DNA from: an uncultured Gemmatimonadales bacterium
GTDB lineage: Bacteria > Gemmatimonadota > Gemmatimonadetes > Gemmatimonadales > GWC2-71-9
DNA length: 64,000 nucleotides
NCBI GenBank assembly: GCA_963828735.1
Contig: CAWHFW010000005.1
Location: 896,001-960,000 of the forward strand
Direction of reading: 5' to 3'
Positions 29,929-39,157 of the stretch are shown in pieces (position 1 is the first letter of the stretch; every line of letters begins with the position of its first letter). The translations under genes and the position numbers were made by a program. The notes under the pieces were generated by a model that searched no databases, was not told the origin of the DNA, and worked only from the letters and a program-made list of their open reading frames with translations.

Positions 29929-30339
29929 CGCGCGGACCGTTGCGAGCGCGCCGACTGTGACGGCCCCGGGCACTTCCGCGCCTGCGATCTTCGTACCCTC
30001 GTGATGGCCGGTTCGGCCGAGCAGCCTCTGGCGCCTCAGCCGTCACCGCTGCGAGGCACACCAGCTTCAGCAACCTCCACTACCTCCTCCCCGCGCTGAC
30101 CGACCGCTCGTCCGCGCCCGGCGCCCGGGCGATATCCCGACCCGAGACCCGCGGACTCTCGCGCCCCTCGGAGCGACCCCTCGACGCCACGCCGACAACC
30201 TGCGCTGCACGAACGTGGTCGTGCGCCCAGGTGACTACCGGGTGACTCGAGAGTGACCGGGTGCCGTAGACTCGGCGCAGACGTGCGTACCGCTCAATGC
30301 GCTTACTCACACCCGGCGCGCGCCCGCCAGGGAGGAGCT

Positions 30340-30651
30340 ATGCAGGTTCGGATCTGCGATGGCGGACGGGAATCCGTCCTGCCGGCCTCGATGGAGGTAG
30401 TCGAGCAGGCCTTCGCGCTCAGCATGCCGTTGCGTATCGGCACGGAGATCACCGTGGCCCACGGAGGCCGTTGGCTCGCGGCGCTCGCGCTCGAACCGGG
30501 GGTCGTCCGGCAGGGTGAGGAGCCACTCCAATTCCTGCTGTCAGGCGGGAATGCCGGGACGGCCGTCGTCACCGGCCGCCTCGGACGGACGGAGGTGCTG
30601 CGGCGGTTTCGGCACTTCATCGAGGGAGGTCCGGAGAACCCGGCCGGGTGA
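30340..30651 (+). CDS. Hypothetical protein (103 aa)
   Basis: Strong SD GGAGGAG just upstream of ATG; protein-like composition. Confidence 0.55.
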   Translation: MQVRICDGGRESVLPASMEVVEQAFALSMPLRIGTEITVAHGGRWLAALALEPGVVRQGEEPLQFLLSGGNAGTAVVTGRLGRTEVLRRFRHFIEGGPENPAG

Positions 30652-30672
30652 GGGCGTGTCGGAGCGGCGGCC

Positions 30673-33378
30673 CTACCGGACGTCGAGCTCCAACTGCCAG
30701 ATGTCGCTCTCGCGCTCGGCGGTGGTGAAGTAGACGCGCTTGCCGTCGGTCGCGAACTCCGGCCGCGAGGAGGGACGTGAGGGATCGTCGAAGCGGACGA
30801 GCAGCCGGGGCTCCCCACCGTTGGCGGACACGGCCCAGAGGCTGGTACGCCCCCCGGCATCCAGCGCCTTGTAGTAGATCGTCCGCCCATCGGGTGCCCA
30901 CTGCGCGAGGAGCGGTGCCGGCGCGACGGCCGGGTCGCGGGATGTCACCAACATGCGGGGAGGCCCTCCACTGGGCGCCACGAGCCAGAGCCCGTAGCTC
31001 CGCACGTACACGATGGACCGTCCGTCGGGAGACCATCGGGCATCCTGGCCGCCATCGGTCGTGATCTGTCGCGAGACGCCCCACCGCCCTCCACTGTCCC
31101 GCTCGACCGCGTATAGCTCGAACCGGCCCGTTCGGTCGGAGTGAAAAACGAGCTGCCGCCCATCCGGCGACCAATCGGGGAAGCGTTGGTTCCCCGAATC
31201 AGCGGTCACCGCGTCCCCCTGCCCCCCTTCGACGGACATGACGAAGAGCCGGCGGCGGCCCTGCCGGAACCCGTAGTAGGCCAGCTCCCGAGCATCGGGA
31301 GACCACGACGGCATGAAGTCGTCTCCGTCATCCTCGGTGAGAAGCTCCGGCTCCCCACCGGAGACCGGGATACGGTAGATGGCCTGGTGGCCGCTTCGAT
31401 CCGAGTCGAACGCGAGCGACCGTCCATCCGGCGAGAGCGCCATCCCTTCGATGGACTGGTGTCCGGTCGTCAGTGGCACGGCGGCCGCGGAGGATACGGG
31501 CCCCGCCGGTGGAACCGGCAGCGACCAGATGTTCGAGTAGTCCGAGAAGTCGGCGTAGATGACCCGCTTGCCATCTCGCGACAGGGCGATGCCGTGGAGC
31601 TCGAGTCCGGTGGTCAGTCGTTCCGGCGCGACGGCGGCCCTGCCCTCTCGCCCCACTTCCACGCGGTAGACGTCGCGGCTGCCATCGCGGTTGGAGATGA
31701 AGAGCAGGCTACGGCCGTCGGGCATCCACTGGGGAGAAGTGTTGAGGGAGGACGCATCGGTCACCGGGGTCGGCGTGCCGCCCGATGCGGCCACGATCCA
31801 GATCGAGCTGGGAGCGATGTTCCCGATGGCGTTCGGCGCGTAGACGAACGCGGCGTTTCCGGAGACGAACGCCAGCCGTGAATCGTCGGGCGACCAAGCG
31901 AACGAATGGGGCTGGTCCACGGTGGCGATCCTGGTCGGCGGTCCGCCGCCCGAGGCCCGCACATAGATGTCGCGACCCACCGCGTACGCGATGCGCCGCC
32001 CATCCGGTGACCACGCGAGATAGCTCGGTCCCTCCTCGCTCAGCGCGCCCTCGCCGTTCACCAGGGGGCCTGGCGCCGCCGAGACCAGCACCTTCAGCGT
32101 CCCACCGAGCGCAGGAACCAGGTAGATCGTGCGGCCAGCCTCGAAGCTGAGGCTGGTTCCGTCCGGCGACCAGCGCGGCCAATGCTGATCGCCCGCCAGA
32201 CTCTCGGCCACGGCGATCGTTCGCCCCCCCGAGAGCTGACGGACGTAGACCCGAAGCTGGCCACTGGGCCCCGCGGCGTACGCGAGGAGTCGTCCATCGG
32301 GCGACAGCGACGGATGAATCTCCAGTCCAGGCTGGGAGGTGATCCGGCTGATCCTGCCGACGCGAACCGCGGACGTCGCCGGGGGGCGGAGCAGTGCCGC
32401 CGCGGCCAGCGCGGCCACGGCCACCGCTCCAAGGGCCCAGGGCACCAACCGGTTGCCGGCGGGTCTGATCTCATCCTGCACTTGGAGCGGCGCGGCCGCC
32501 GGCACGGCCGCGATGTCCGACAGCACGGCCTCGGCAGACTCAGATGCCCCGTGAGGCACGACCGAAGGCGGGGTCCGACGTGGCTCGAGCGCGAGGGCGA
32601 TTGGCTCACCCGGGGACACCCGCGAGGCCGCAGGAGCCGCAGTGGCCGTCAGCGCGGCAAACGCCGCCGACTGTCTCCGGATGGTCGCGGCCAGTTCCAC
32701 CACCGCGTGGTCCGGCGGCGCCTCGAGCTCCTGTTGCACCAGGACCTCGTACACCCGCGCATGCTGCATCGCGCCCGGACGGTCGCCGGCCGCCACCAGC
32801 GCTTCCATCAGGCCGATCGCAACCCGGGCGTTCAGCGGATCCTGAGCCGCGAGCTTGCGCCACCACTCGGCGGCCTGGACGCGATCGCCGCCCTCTGAGG
32901 CCTGGTGGGCGAGTCGCTGGAGGGCGCCCGCATAGTCTCGGGCGAGGCCCGCGCGCTCCTCCTCCAGCCAGCGCTCGAACTCGGGTGCGTCCGAGATATG
33001 GAACCCGTCGAGGAACGGCCCGATATATTCGGCGGCGGCGCGCTCGAGATGCCCGGCCTTGATGGCCACAGTGAACGCGGCGAGGTCGGAAGCGACGAAA
33101 TCGGGATTGAGGCGGAGATCGCGCGTGCCGAGAAACACCTCGTCGGCGCCCATTTCCTGACGCAGAGCGTACAGGGCCTGGTTGAGACCCTTGCGGGCGC
33201 GTTCCTCGTCGCTCTCGGACCAGAGCAGGCCCAGGAGACGGTCGCGTGTCAGTCCGTGCTCGCCCGTCGAGGCGAGCAGGGCGAGCAACGCCAGGCGTCG
33301 CGGCTGGGAGGCGGCACCTGTCAGGCGCTGCCCGTCCCGCTCGAGAAACAACCTGCCGAACGTATTGAGACGTAACAG
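30673..33378 (-). CDS. Membrane-anchored SARP/BTAD transcriptional regulator with C-terminal TolB-like (PD40) beta-propellers; probable CTG start
   Basis: RRLALLALL, LNQALYALR, GPFLDGF, FERWLEEER, DPLN; one TM helix; about ten WSPDG-type repeats. Confidence 0.85.
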   Translation of the reverse strand: MLRLNTFGRLFLERDGQRLTGAASQPRRLALLALLASTGEHGLTRDRLLGLLWSESDEERARKGLNQALYALRQEMGADEVFLGTRDLRLNPDFVASDLAAFTVAIKAGHLERAAAEYIGPFLDGFHISDAPEFERWLEEERAGLARDYAGALQRLAHQASEGGDRVQAAEWWRKLAAQDPLNARVAIGLMEALVAAGDRPGAMQHARVYEVLVQQELEAPPDHAVVELAATIRRQSAAFAALTATAAPAASRVSPGEPIALALEPRRTPPSVVPHGASESAEAVLSDIAAVPAAAPLQVQDEIRPAGNRLVPWALGAVAVAALAAAALLRPPATSAVRVGRISRITSQPGLEIHPSLSPDGRLLAYAAGPSGQLRVYVRQLSGGRTIAVAESLAGDQHWPRWSPDGTSLSFEAGRTIYLVPALGGTLKVLVSAAPGPLVNGEGALSEEGPSYLAWSPDGRRIAYAVGRDIYVRASGGGPPTRIATVDQPHSFAWSPDDSRLAFVSGNAAFVYAPNAIGNIAPSSIWIVAASGGTPTPVTDASSLNTSPQWMPDGRSLLFISNRDGSRDVYRVEVGREGRAAVAPERLTTGLELHGIALSRDGKRVIYADFSDYSNIWSLPVPPAGPVSSAAAVPLTTGHQSIEGMALSPDGRSLAFDSDRSGHQAIYRIPVSGGEPELLTEDDGDDFMPSWSPDARELAYYGFRQGRRRLFVMSVEGGQGDAVTADSGNQRFPDWSPDGRQLVFHSDRTGRFELYAVERDSGGRWGVSRQITTDGGQDARWSPDGRSIVYVRSYGLWLVAPSGGPPRMLVTSRDPAVAPAPLLAQWAPDGRTIYYKALDAGGRTSLWAVSANGGEPRLLVRFDDPSRPSSRPEFATDGKRVYFTTAERESDIWQLELDVR

Positions 33379-33473
33379 GTTGAGCTCGGTGATTTTGGGG
33401 TGACCGGACCGGGCGATCTTACGAGGACTATTCTAGGAGCCGCCTTCCCTCGCAGCAAGACATCGGAGTTCCT

Positions 33474-33905
33474 ATGCGAGCCGAATCGGAGCGCCTGGTG
33501 CGTGAGAGCTGGGCGCAGTTCGAGCCGGTGGCCGAGCAGTCGGCGGCCTTCTTCTACGACAAGCTGTTCGAGCTCGACCCCAATGCCCGCCAGCTCTTCG
33601 CCTCGACCAACATGGAGGCGCAGGGCCGCAAGGTGATGCGGATGTTCGCGGAGATCGTCCGCCACCTGGATGAGCCGGAGGATCTCGTTCCGGAGGTGGC
33701 GGACCTCGGCCGGCGGCACGTGGACTACGGCGTACAGGATTCTCAGTACGATTCGGTGGGCATCGCCCTGCTCTGGACGCTCGCGAGTGCGCTCGGTCCG
33801 GCCTTCACACCGAGCGTTCGCGACGCCTGGACAGAGGCCTACCTCTATGTGTCCAGCGTGTTGCGGCGCGCCACGACGAAGGAGCATGAGGCTCGCGGCT
33901 CCTAG
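33474..33905 (+). CDS. Single-domain globin (flavohaemoglobin/Vgb-like)
   Basis: FYDKLFELDP, QLF, LGRRHVDYGV, YDSVGIALL, DAW. Confidence 0.9.
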   Translation: MRAESERLVRESWAQFEPVAEQSAAFFYDKLFELDPNARQLFASTNMEAQGRKVMRMFAEIVRHLDEPEDLVPEVADLGRRHVDYGVQDSQYDSVGIALLWTLASALGPAFTPSVRDAWTEAYLYVSSVLRRATTKEHEARGS

Positions 33906-33967
33906 CGGCGCACGGCGCCGAGGACCGACAGCGGCCTGACTGGCGCAAGTTGTTGTGCGATGACGGC

Positions 33968-33996
33968 TTGACTCCATTGATGGCCCCGCCTAGATT
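33968..33996 (+). promoter_or_regulatory. Sigma70 promoter of the riboswitch-htpX-terC transcript
   Basis: TTGACT-N17-TAGATT about 10 nt before the aptamer. Confidence 0.75.
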
Positions 33997-34006
33997 CAGG
34001 TCGTCA

Positions 34007-34130
34007 GAAGGGGAGTAGCTTATCCGCCGGTGGGCGGACAATTGGATCGTCAAGACTGTCCGACCTCGGTCGGGCACGGTCCAGTTGGGGTGAGGGAGGC
34101 GCCATCTCCCGCCATCAGAGCGAGACCTTC
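34007..34130 (+). ncRNA. yybP-ykoY: yybP-ykoY (Mn2+) riboswitch aptamer
   Basis: GAAGGGGAGTAGC 5' end, CGTCAAGAC loop, GCGAGACCTTC 3' end; upstream of a terC operon. Confidence 0.9.
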
Positions 34131-34174
34131 GTCCACGCGAAAGCGGAGCGGACGGGGTTTCGCTCTTTTCTTTT
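34118..34174 (+). terminator. Riboswitch expression-platform intrinsic terminator
   Basis: GAGCGAGACCTTCGTCC pairs with GGACGGGGTTTCGCTC, followed by TTTTCTTTT; overlaps aptamer 3' strand. Confidence 0.85.
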
Positions 34175-34208
34175 GGCCCCACTCACGACAGATCTGACAG
34201 AGGAGCGC

Positions 34209-35045
34209 ATGAACAACATCAAGACGCTGGTCCTGATGGCCGGTCTCATGGGCCTGTTCCTGCTCGCCGGCCAGCTGCTCGGCGGATCGCAGGGGCTGAT
34301 GCTCGCGCTGATCCTGGGCAGCGCCTTCAACTTCATCATGTACTTCTTCTCGGACAAAATCGTGCTCCGGATGTACGGCGCGCAGATCGTGACCGAGGAG
34401 CAGGCGCCCGAGCTCTTCCAGCTGGTGGACCGGCTGCGTCAGCGGGCTGGACTGCCCATGCCGGTCATCGCCGTGGCGCCGCATGAGCAACCGAACGCGT
34501 TCGCCACGGGGCGAGGCCCGAACCACGCGGTGGTCGCGGTGACGACGGGCATTCTCAAGCACATGCCTCAGGAGGAGCTCGAGGGCGTGATCGCCCACGA
34601 GCTGGCGCACGTCAAGAACCGCGACATGCTGATCACCACGATCGCCGCAGGAGTCGCCGGCGCGATCAGCAACCTGCCGTACCTGATCATGTTCGGGGGC
34701 GGCCGCGGCGACGACGAGGGCCACCCCTTCGCGCGGCTCGCGCTGCTGCTGCTCGCGCCGATCGGCGCGATGCTGATCCAGTTCGCGGTCTCGCGTCAGC
34801 GGGAGTACGAGGCGGACCGGGTCGGCGCGGAGATCCTGGGTCGGCCGATCCCGCTCGCGAACGCCCTGCGCCGACTGGACGCCCTTGCACACCGGATTCC
34901 GATGGATGTGGCACCGGCCGCGGCGCCGCTCGCCCAGGTCAACCCGCTGGCCGCCCACGGCGGCGGCTTCACGCGACTCTTCAGCACCCACCCGCCCACC
35001 GAAGAGAGAATTGCGCGGCTGGAAGCGATGGCGGCGGGCCGGTAA
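34209..35045 (+). CDS. htpX: Zinc metalloprotease HtpX (M48)
   Basis: PNAFATGR, AHELAHVKNRD, SRQREYEAD, FSTHPPTEERI; SD GAGGAG. Confidence 0.95.
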   Translation: MNNIKTLVLMAGLMGLFLLAGQLLGGSQGLMLALILGSAFNFIMYFFSDKIVLRMYGAQIVTEEQAPELFQLVDRLRQRAGLPMPVIAVAPHEQPNAFATGRGPNHAVVAVTTGILKHMPQEELEGVIAHELAHVKNRDMLITTIAAGVAGAISNLPYLIMFGGGRGDDEGHPFARLALLLLAPIGAMLIQFAVSRQREYEADRVGAEILGRPIPLANALRRLDALAHRIPMDVAPAAAPLAQVNPLAAHGGGFTRLFSTHPPTEERIARLEAMAAGR

Positions 35046-35981
35046 GTGGGTCACCACGGCCTCGCCGTCTGGCTGGGCTTCACCGGCATCGTCGTGGCCC
35101 TCCTGATCCTCGACCTGGGGGTGCTGAACCGCCGGACGCACGTGCTGTCGTTCAAGGAGGCCGTGAGCTGGAGTCTCGGTCTCATCGGCCTGGCCTTGGC
35201 GTTCGGCGCGTTCCTGTGGTGGCAGGAGGGAGGCCAGCACGCGCTCGAGTACTACACGGGCTACCTCATCGAGCTCTCGCTCAGCGTCGACAACCTCTTT
35301 GTCTTCATCCTCATCTTCAACTACTTCGGCGTGCCGGCGGAGGCACAGCCGAAGGTGCTCAAGTGGGGCATCCTCGGCGCGATCGTGATGCGGTTCGTCA
35401 TGATCCTGCTGGGCGCCCTCCTGCTCGCGCGGTTCGACTGGATCATCTACGTCTTCGGCGGCATCCTGATGCTCACCGGGCTCCGCATGCTGTTCCAGAA
35501 GGACCAGCGGATCGAGCCGGACAAGAACCCGATCGTACGCATCGCCCGCAAGGTGCTGCCCTTCGCCGGCGCCTACGATGGATCCCGGTTTACCAGCCGT
35601 ACCAGCCGAGGGCGGTTGCTCGCCACGCCGCTCCTCCTGGTGCTGCTGGTGGTGGAGTGGTCCGACCTCGTGTTCGCGATCGACAGCATTCCTGCCATTT
35701 TCGCCGTCACCCGCGATCCGTTCCTGGTCTACAGCTCGAACATATTCGCGATCCTCGGGCTTCGGGCGCTGTTCTTCGTCGTCGCCGGGATGATGGACCG
35801 CTTCGTCTACCTCAAGCCCGGCGTCGCGCTGATCCTCGTGTTCGTCGGCGGAAAGATGGCCGTGAGCGCGTGGGTTCACGTCCCGATCGTCGCGAGCCTC
35901 GCCGTCATCCTGCTCACGCTGGCGGCGGCCATCGGGTTCTCACTCGTCCGGAGCGCGCGGGAGGCGCAGGCGGCGGCCTAG
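35046..35981 (+). CDS. terC: TerC/Alx-family metal-homeostasis membrane protein
   Basis: GYLIELSLSVDNLFVF, DLVFAIDSIPA, SNIFAILGLR. Confidence 0.95.
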   Translation: MGHHGLAVWLGFTGIVVALLILDLGVLNRRTHVLSFKEAVSWSLGLIGLALAFGAFLWWQEGGQHALEYYTGYLIELSLSVDNLFVFILIFNYFGVPAEAQPKVLKWGILGAIVMRFVMILLGALLLARFDWIIYVFGGILMLTGLRMLFQKDQRIEPDKNPIVRIARKVLPFAGAYDGSRFTSRTSRGRLLATPLLLVLLVVEWSDLVFAIDSIPAIFAVTRDPFLVYSSNIFAILGLRALFFVVAGMMDRFVYLKPGVALILVFVGGKMAVSAWVHVPIVASLAVILLTLAAAIGFSLVRSAREAQAAA

Positions 35982-36030
35982 CGCGCCCCTCCTGGGTTGC
36001 ACGCGAGCCCGGCGTCCGCATCTTCCCCCT

Positions 36031-37371
36031 ATGCCACCATCCTCCCTGCTCGCCCGCCTGGGCCTCGACCGGCCCGAGCTCCGCGCCTGGGCCATGTACG
36101 ACTGGGCCGCCTCCTCGATGCAGACCACCATCATGGTCGCGGTCTTTCCGATCTACTTCGTGAAGGTGGCGGGCGCCGGCCTCGCCGAGGGTGGCGCAAC
36201 CCAGCGGCTCGCGACGATGAACTCGGTGGCACTCGTGATCATCGCGCTGGTCTCGCCCGTGCTCGGCGCGGTGTCGGACTACGGGGGGAACAAGAAGCGC
36301 TTCATCGCCGGCTTCACGGCGATCGGCGCGGCGGCCGTGGCCGGTCTCTTCTTCGTTCAGCGTGGCGACCTCGCGCTCGCGAGCTGGCTCTTCGTCGTGG
36401 CGCTCATCGGAGTGGCGGGGGGGTTCGTCTTCTACGAGGCGCTGCTGCCGCACATCGCGCGGCCGCACGAGATCGACCGCGTGTCGACGGCGGGCTACGC
36501 GATGGGCTACGTCGGCGGCGGGATTCTCCTCGCGTTCAACCTGGCGTGGATCCAGAAGCCGGCCTGGTTCGGGCTGCCGGCGGGCCCCGGCCTGGACGAG
36601 CACGCCGCCACCCTGCCGGCCCGGCTCGCCTTCCTGAGCGTCGCGGTCTGGTGGATCGCGTTCTCCGTGCCGCTCTTCCGGCGGGTGCCCGAGCCGCCCC
36701 GGCGGCTCGAGTCGGATGAGCGGGCCGGGCTGAGCCCGGTGCGCGTCGCGTTCGTCCGCCTCGCCGAGACGTTCCGCGAGCTCCGCGGCTACCGCCAGGC
36801 GTTCCTGATGCTGCTCGCGTTCCTGATCTACAACGACGGCATCCAGACCATCATCAAGATGGCGACGGCGTACGGCACCGAGCTCGGTATCGGGCAGAGC
36901 GCCTTGATCGGCGCGATCCTGCTGGTCCAGTTCGTCGGCATCCCATGCTCGTTTCTCTTCGGCATGGTGGCGGGTCGGATCGGCGCAAAGCAGGCGCTCT
37001 TCGCCGGCCTCCTCGCCTACACGGTCATCAGCATTCTGGGCTTCTACATGAAGACCGCGGCGCACTTCTACGTGCTGGCGGGGCTGGTGGGCATGGTGCA
37101 GGGCGGGACGCAGGCGCTCAGCCGGTCCCTGTTCGCCAGCATGGTGCCGCACCACAAGAGCGGGGAGTTCTTCGGGTTCTTCAGCGTGTTCGAGAAATTC
37201 GCGGGCATCTTCGGCCCGCTCATCTTCGCGGGGACGATCGCCGCCACGGGATCGAGCCGGAACGCGATCCTCAGCGTGATCGCGTTTTTCGCGGTGGGCG
37301 CCGCGATCCTGGCGTGCGTGAACGTGGAGGACGGGCAGCGGGCCGCGCGGGCCGCCGACCAGACAGCCTAG
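36031..37371 (+). CDS. MFS transporter (UMF1/Atg22-like)
   Basis: WAMYDWA, GYAMGYVGG, YNDGIQT, GGTQALSRS, EFFGFF. Confidence 0.9.
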   Translation: MPPSSLLARLGLDRPELRAWAMYDWAASSMQTTIMVAVFPIYFVKVAGAGLAEGGATQRLATMNSVALVIIALVSPVLGAVSDYGGNKKRFIAGFTAIGAAAVAGLFFVQRGDLALASWLFVVALIGVAGGFVFYEALLPHIARPHEIDRVSTAGYAMGYVGGGILLAFNLAWIQKPAWFGLPAGPGLDEHAATLPARLAFLSVAVWWIAFSVPLFRRVPEPPRRLESDERAGLSPVRVAFVRLAETFRELRGYRQAFLMLLAFLIYNDGIQTIIKMATAYGTELGIGQSALIGAILLVQFVGIPCSFLFGMVAGRIGAKQALFAGLLAYTVISILGFYMKTAAHFYVLAGLVGMVQGGTQALSRSLFASMVPHHKSGEFFGFFSVFEKFAGIFGPLIFAGTIAATGSSRNAILSVIAFFAVGAAILACVNVEDGQRAARAADQTA

Positions 37372-37994
37372 CTCGCCACCGCTCCGCATTCCACGTTGAG
37401 CCGGACGGTCACGGTCTTGCCGGGCAGGACCGTGAACGGTTGCGGGTTGCCGCCCACGAGCTGGCAGGGCTCGTCCACGTCCTTGAGCGTGACGAGATGC
37501 CTGCCTCCAGTCAGGTCGGGGAACGTTTCGCGCGCGCTGTCGTCGATGACCCGGCTCGGCGCGCCGGCAACCGTCAGCTCGTAGCCGTCCGTATCGGGTC
37601 TATCGCCGATGGTCGTGACGAGGACCAGGAATCCGCCCGTCGTCGCCTTCGCGCAGCGGACCTCGAACGTGAGCGACGCGGTGCCGTCCGACCCCACCAC
37701 CACGGACTGCGGATTGGCGCCGTTCACCTGACAGTTCTCCGCGAGCCCCGACAGACGGACGCTGTGGGCGCCGGTCGTCAGGTCCTGCAGCGTAACGCTG
37801 CCGTCGGATGCGACGAACTGCTCGGCGCCGCCGTCGATGCTGATGCTGAACCCGTCGGTGTCCGGATCGATCCCGGCCGTATTGATGACGACGAGGATTC
37901 GGCCGTCGCTGGAGACGGCGATAAATGTGTCTTCACAGGCGGCGAGCGGGCCGAGCAAGGCGAGCGCGATGGCGCTCGCGAGACGTCTCCACAT
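37368..37994 (-). CDS. Lipoprotein with two tandem Ig-like repeats
   Basis: Lipobox LAAC; repeats DTDGFSISIDG...HSVRL...NC and DTDGYELTVAG...HLVTL...PC. Confidence 0.75.
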   Translation of the reverse strand: MWRRLASAIALALLGPLAACEDTFIAVSSDGRILVVINTAGIDPDTDGFSISIDGGAEQFVASDGSVTLQDLTTGAHSVRLSGLAENCQVNGANPQSVVVGSDGTASLTFEVRCAKATTGGFLVLVTTIGDRPDTDGYELTVAGAPSRVIDDSARETFPDLTGGRHLVTLKDVDEPCQLVGGNPQPFTVLPGKTVTVRLNVECGAVAS

Positions 37995-38019
37995 GGGATC
38001 CTCCGGACGCTGAAGCTAC

Positions 38020-38048
38020 TTGCCGCGCCTTGGCGCTCTCCCTAATTT
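38020..38048 (+). promoter_or_regulatory. Sigma70 promoter of the lysine/DAP operon
   Basis: TTGCCG-N17-TAATTT. Confidence 0.55.
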
Positions 38049-38140
38049 GCGCCTGATCAAAAGTACGTGGCGGAAGGCGCTTCCGCCTCATCACCAACCG
38101 GAGCCCTGCCGCGCGCCTCGCCGGCGGGGCGCTTGCATTC

Positions 38141-39157
38141 ATGGACGCATTGCCCGATCCCCTGGCGCTGACCCGCGCGCTCGTCGCCCTGGAGACCCCG
38201 ACCGGCGCCGAGGGCCCGGCCACGGATCTGCTGGATGCCGCGCTCTCCCGCGCCGGGTACCGGACCGTCCGGCAACGGGTCTCGCCAGGGCGCGACAACC
38301 TGCTCGCCTTCCGCGAACCGCCGGCGCTCGTGTTCTCGACCCACGTCGACTGCGTTCCTCCCTACATCCCGCTCTCCGAGGACGCGACGGCCATCCGCGG
38401 CCGGGGAAGCTGCGACGCCAAGGGGCTCGCGGCCGCGATGGTGGCCTCGGCGGAGCAACTGGCGGCCGCCGGGGAGCGCCGCATCGGCCTCCTCTTCCTG
38501 GTCGGCGAAGAAAACGGCTCGGACGGCGCCCGCGTGGCCGCCGACCTCGGGCCGCGCGGCCAGTTTCTCGTGAACGGCGAGCCGACGGAGAACCGGCTGT
38601 CCATCGGCCAGAAGGGCTCGCTTCGGGTCGATCTCCACGCCACCGGCCGCGCCGCGCACTCGGCCTATCCGGACGAAGGCCACAGCGCCATCGCCGCCCT
38701 GCTCGACACGCTCGGCCGGATCCGCGCGATGCCACTGCCGACCGATCCCCTGCTCGGCTCGTCGACGCTCAACGTCGGGCTCATCCGCGGCGGCGTCGCG
38801 CCCAATGTGTTCGCGCCCGAGGCAACGGCGCAGGTGCTCATCCGGACCGTCGGCGCCACCGACGGGCTCAAGACCGCCATCCAGGCCATGGCCGCCCCCG
38901 GCGTGTCCATCACGTTCCCGGTCGAGCTGCCGAGCCACAAGAGCGGGGCCGCGCCGGCCGGCTGGGAGACGACGGTCGTGAGCTACGCGAGCGATCTGCC
39001 ATTCCTCACCACCTGGGGCGAGTCCTACCAGCTCGGCCCCGGCACCATTCGTGTGGCGCACACCCCCCACGAGCACATTCTCAAGGCCGATCTGCTCCGG
39101 GGCGTCGAGCTGTACACCCGGTTGGCCACCGACCTCCTCGCGCGCGAGGCGTCATGA
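38141..39157 (+). CDS. M20 deacylase (ArgE/DapE family), probably DapE by context
   Basis: THVD, GRGSCDAKG, GEE, GEPT, AH; first gene of the dap operon. Confidence 0.85.
   Translation: MDALPDPLALTRALVALETPTGAEGPATDLLDAALSRAGYRTVRQRVSPGRDNLLAFREPPALVFSTHVDCVPPYIPLSEDATAIRGRGSCDAKGLAAAMVASAEQLAAAGERRIGLLFLVGEENGSDGARVAADLGPRGQFLVNGEPTENRLSIGQKGSLRVDLHATGRAAHSAYPDEGHSAIAALLDTLGRIRAMPLPTDPLLGSSTLNVGLIRGGVAPNVFAPEATAQVLIRTVGATDGLKTAIQAMAAPGVSITFPVELPSHKSGAAPAGWETTVVSYASDLPFLTTWGESYQLGPGTIRVAHTPHEHILKADLLRGVELYTRLATDLLAREAS

Noticed and set aside
29885..30310. Minus-strand small ORFs near a strong GGAGGAGG
   Set aside because: Products look non-coding and one overlaps the end of moeA.
37995..38140. 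Lysine riboswitch before the dap operon
   Set aside because: Leader too short and lacks L-box consensus elements.
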